A stretch of 51,869 nt of DNA from a virus. Location: positions 1 through 51,869 of IMG/VR virus record IMGVR_UViG_3300020577_002236; one strand, 5' to 3'. Each line of letters starts with the position of its first letter. The stretch's first letter is position 1. The notes under the pieces were generated by a model. The model was not told the origin of the DNA. It worked only from the letters and a program-made list of their open reading frames with translations, and searched no databases. Shown one piece after another: positions 51,855 to 51,869 of this stretch. The translations under genes were made by a program, and so were the position numbers.

Positions 51855-51869
51855 ACGCAGATGACGGAG
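51793..51869. repeat. Terminal direct repeat, copy 2 (identical to 1-77)
   Basis: Exact 77-nt match to the window start. It contains the start codon (51854) of the ORF 51378..51854. Confidence 0.95.

Overview
The window is a complete, circularly closed tailed-phage genome of about 51.8 kb with a podovirus-like layout. The first 77 nt are repeated exactly at the end (1-77 = 51793-51869), so the unique length is about 51,792 bp. Two transcription arms diverge from an AT-rich, repeat-laden control region at about 11.6-12.2 kb and converge at about 35.26 kb. The rightward arm (12.6-35.3 kb) carries small early genes, a 3D-domain protein, an SNF2-type helicase, an ATP-dependent DNA ligase, a minimal sigma54 activator (AAA+ core only), a Cas4-like PD-(D/E)XK nuclease, a dNMP kinase, an AAA_24/Sak4-like ATPase, an SSB-like protein, a family-A DNA polymerase and a P-loop helicase-like protein. 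The leftward arm runs 11.5 kb to 1 and continues across the circle junction from 51.85 to 35.26 kb. It carries terminase, portal, scaffold, capsid, a beta-helix tailspike, a membrane/lipoprotein cassette, tail and fibre proteins, internal proteins and a 2501-aa giant protein. I found no phage RNA polymerase, integrase, canonical tRNA, CRISPR array or reverse transcriptase. The strongest signal is a candidate phage sigma54 transcription programme. The phage encodes an enhancer-binding-protein core lacking sensory and DNA-binding domains. Seven exact and two near matches to a -24/-12 motif (TGGCAY-N5-hTGCT) all point the same way as the genes downstream, and they sit in front of the early, replication, packaging, capsid and tail blocks. 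Other notable features: the DNA polymerase gene is interrupted twice, by an HNH intein and by a free-standing HNH-AP2 endonuclease that splits the gene. There are three intact HNH-AP2 endonucleases plus one decayed copy. Three unusually long (about 460-650 nt), hairpin-dense non-coding regions may encode structured RNAs. Function calls rest on motifs I could read in the translations and on gene order, because no database search was possible.
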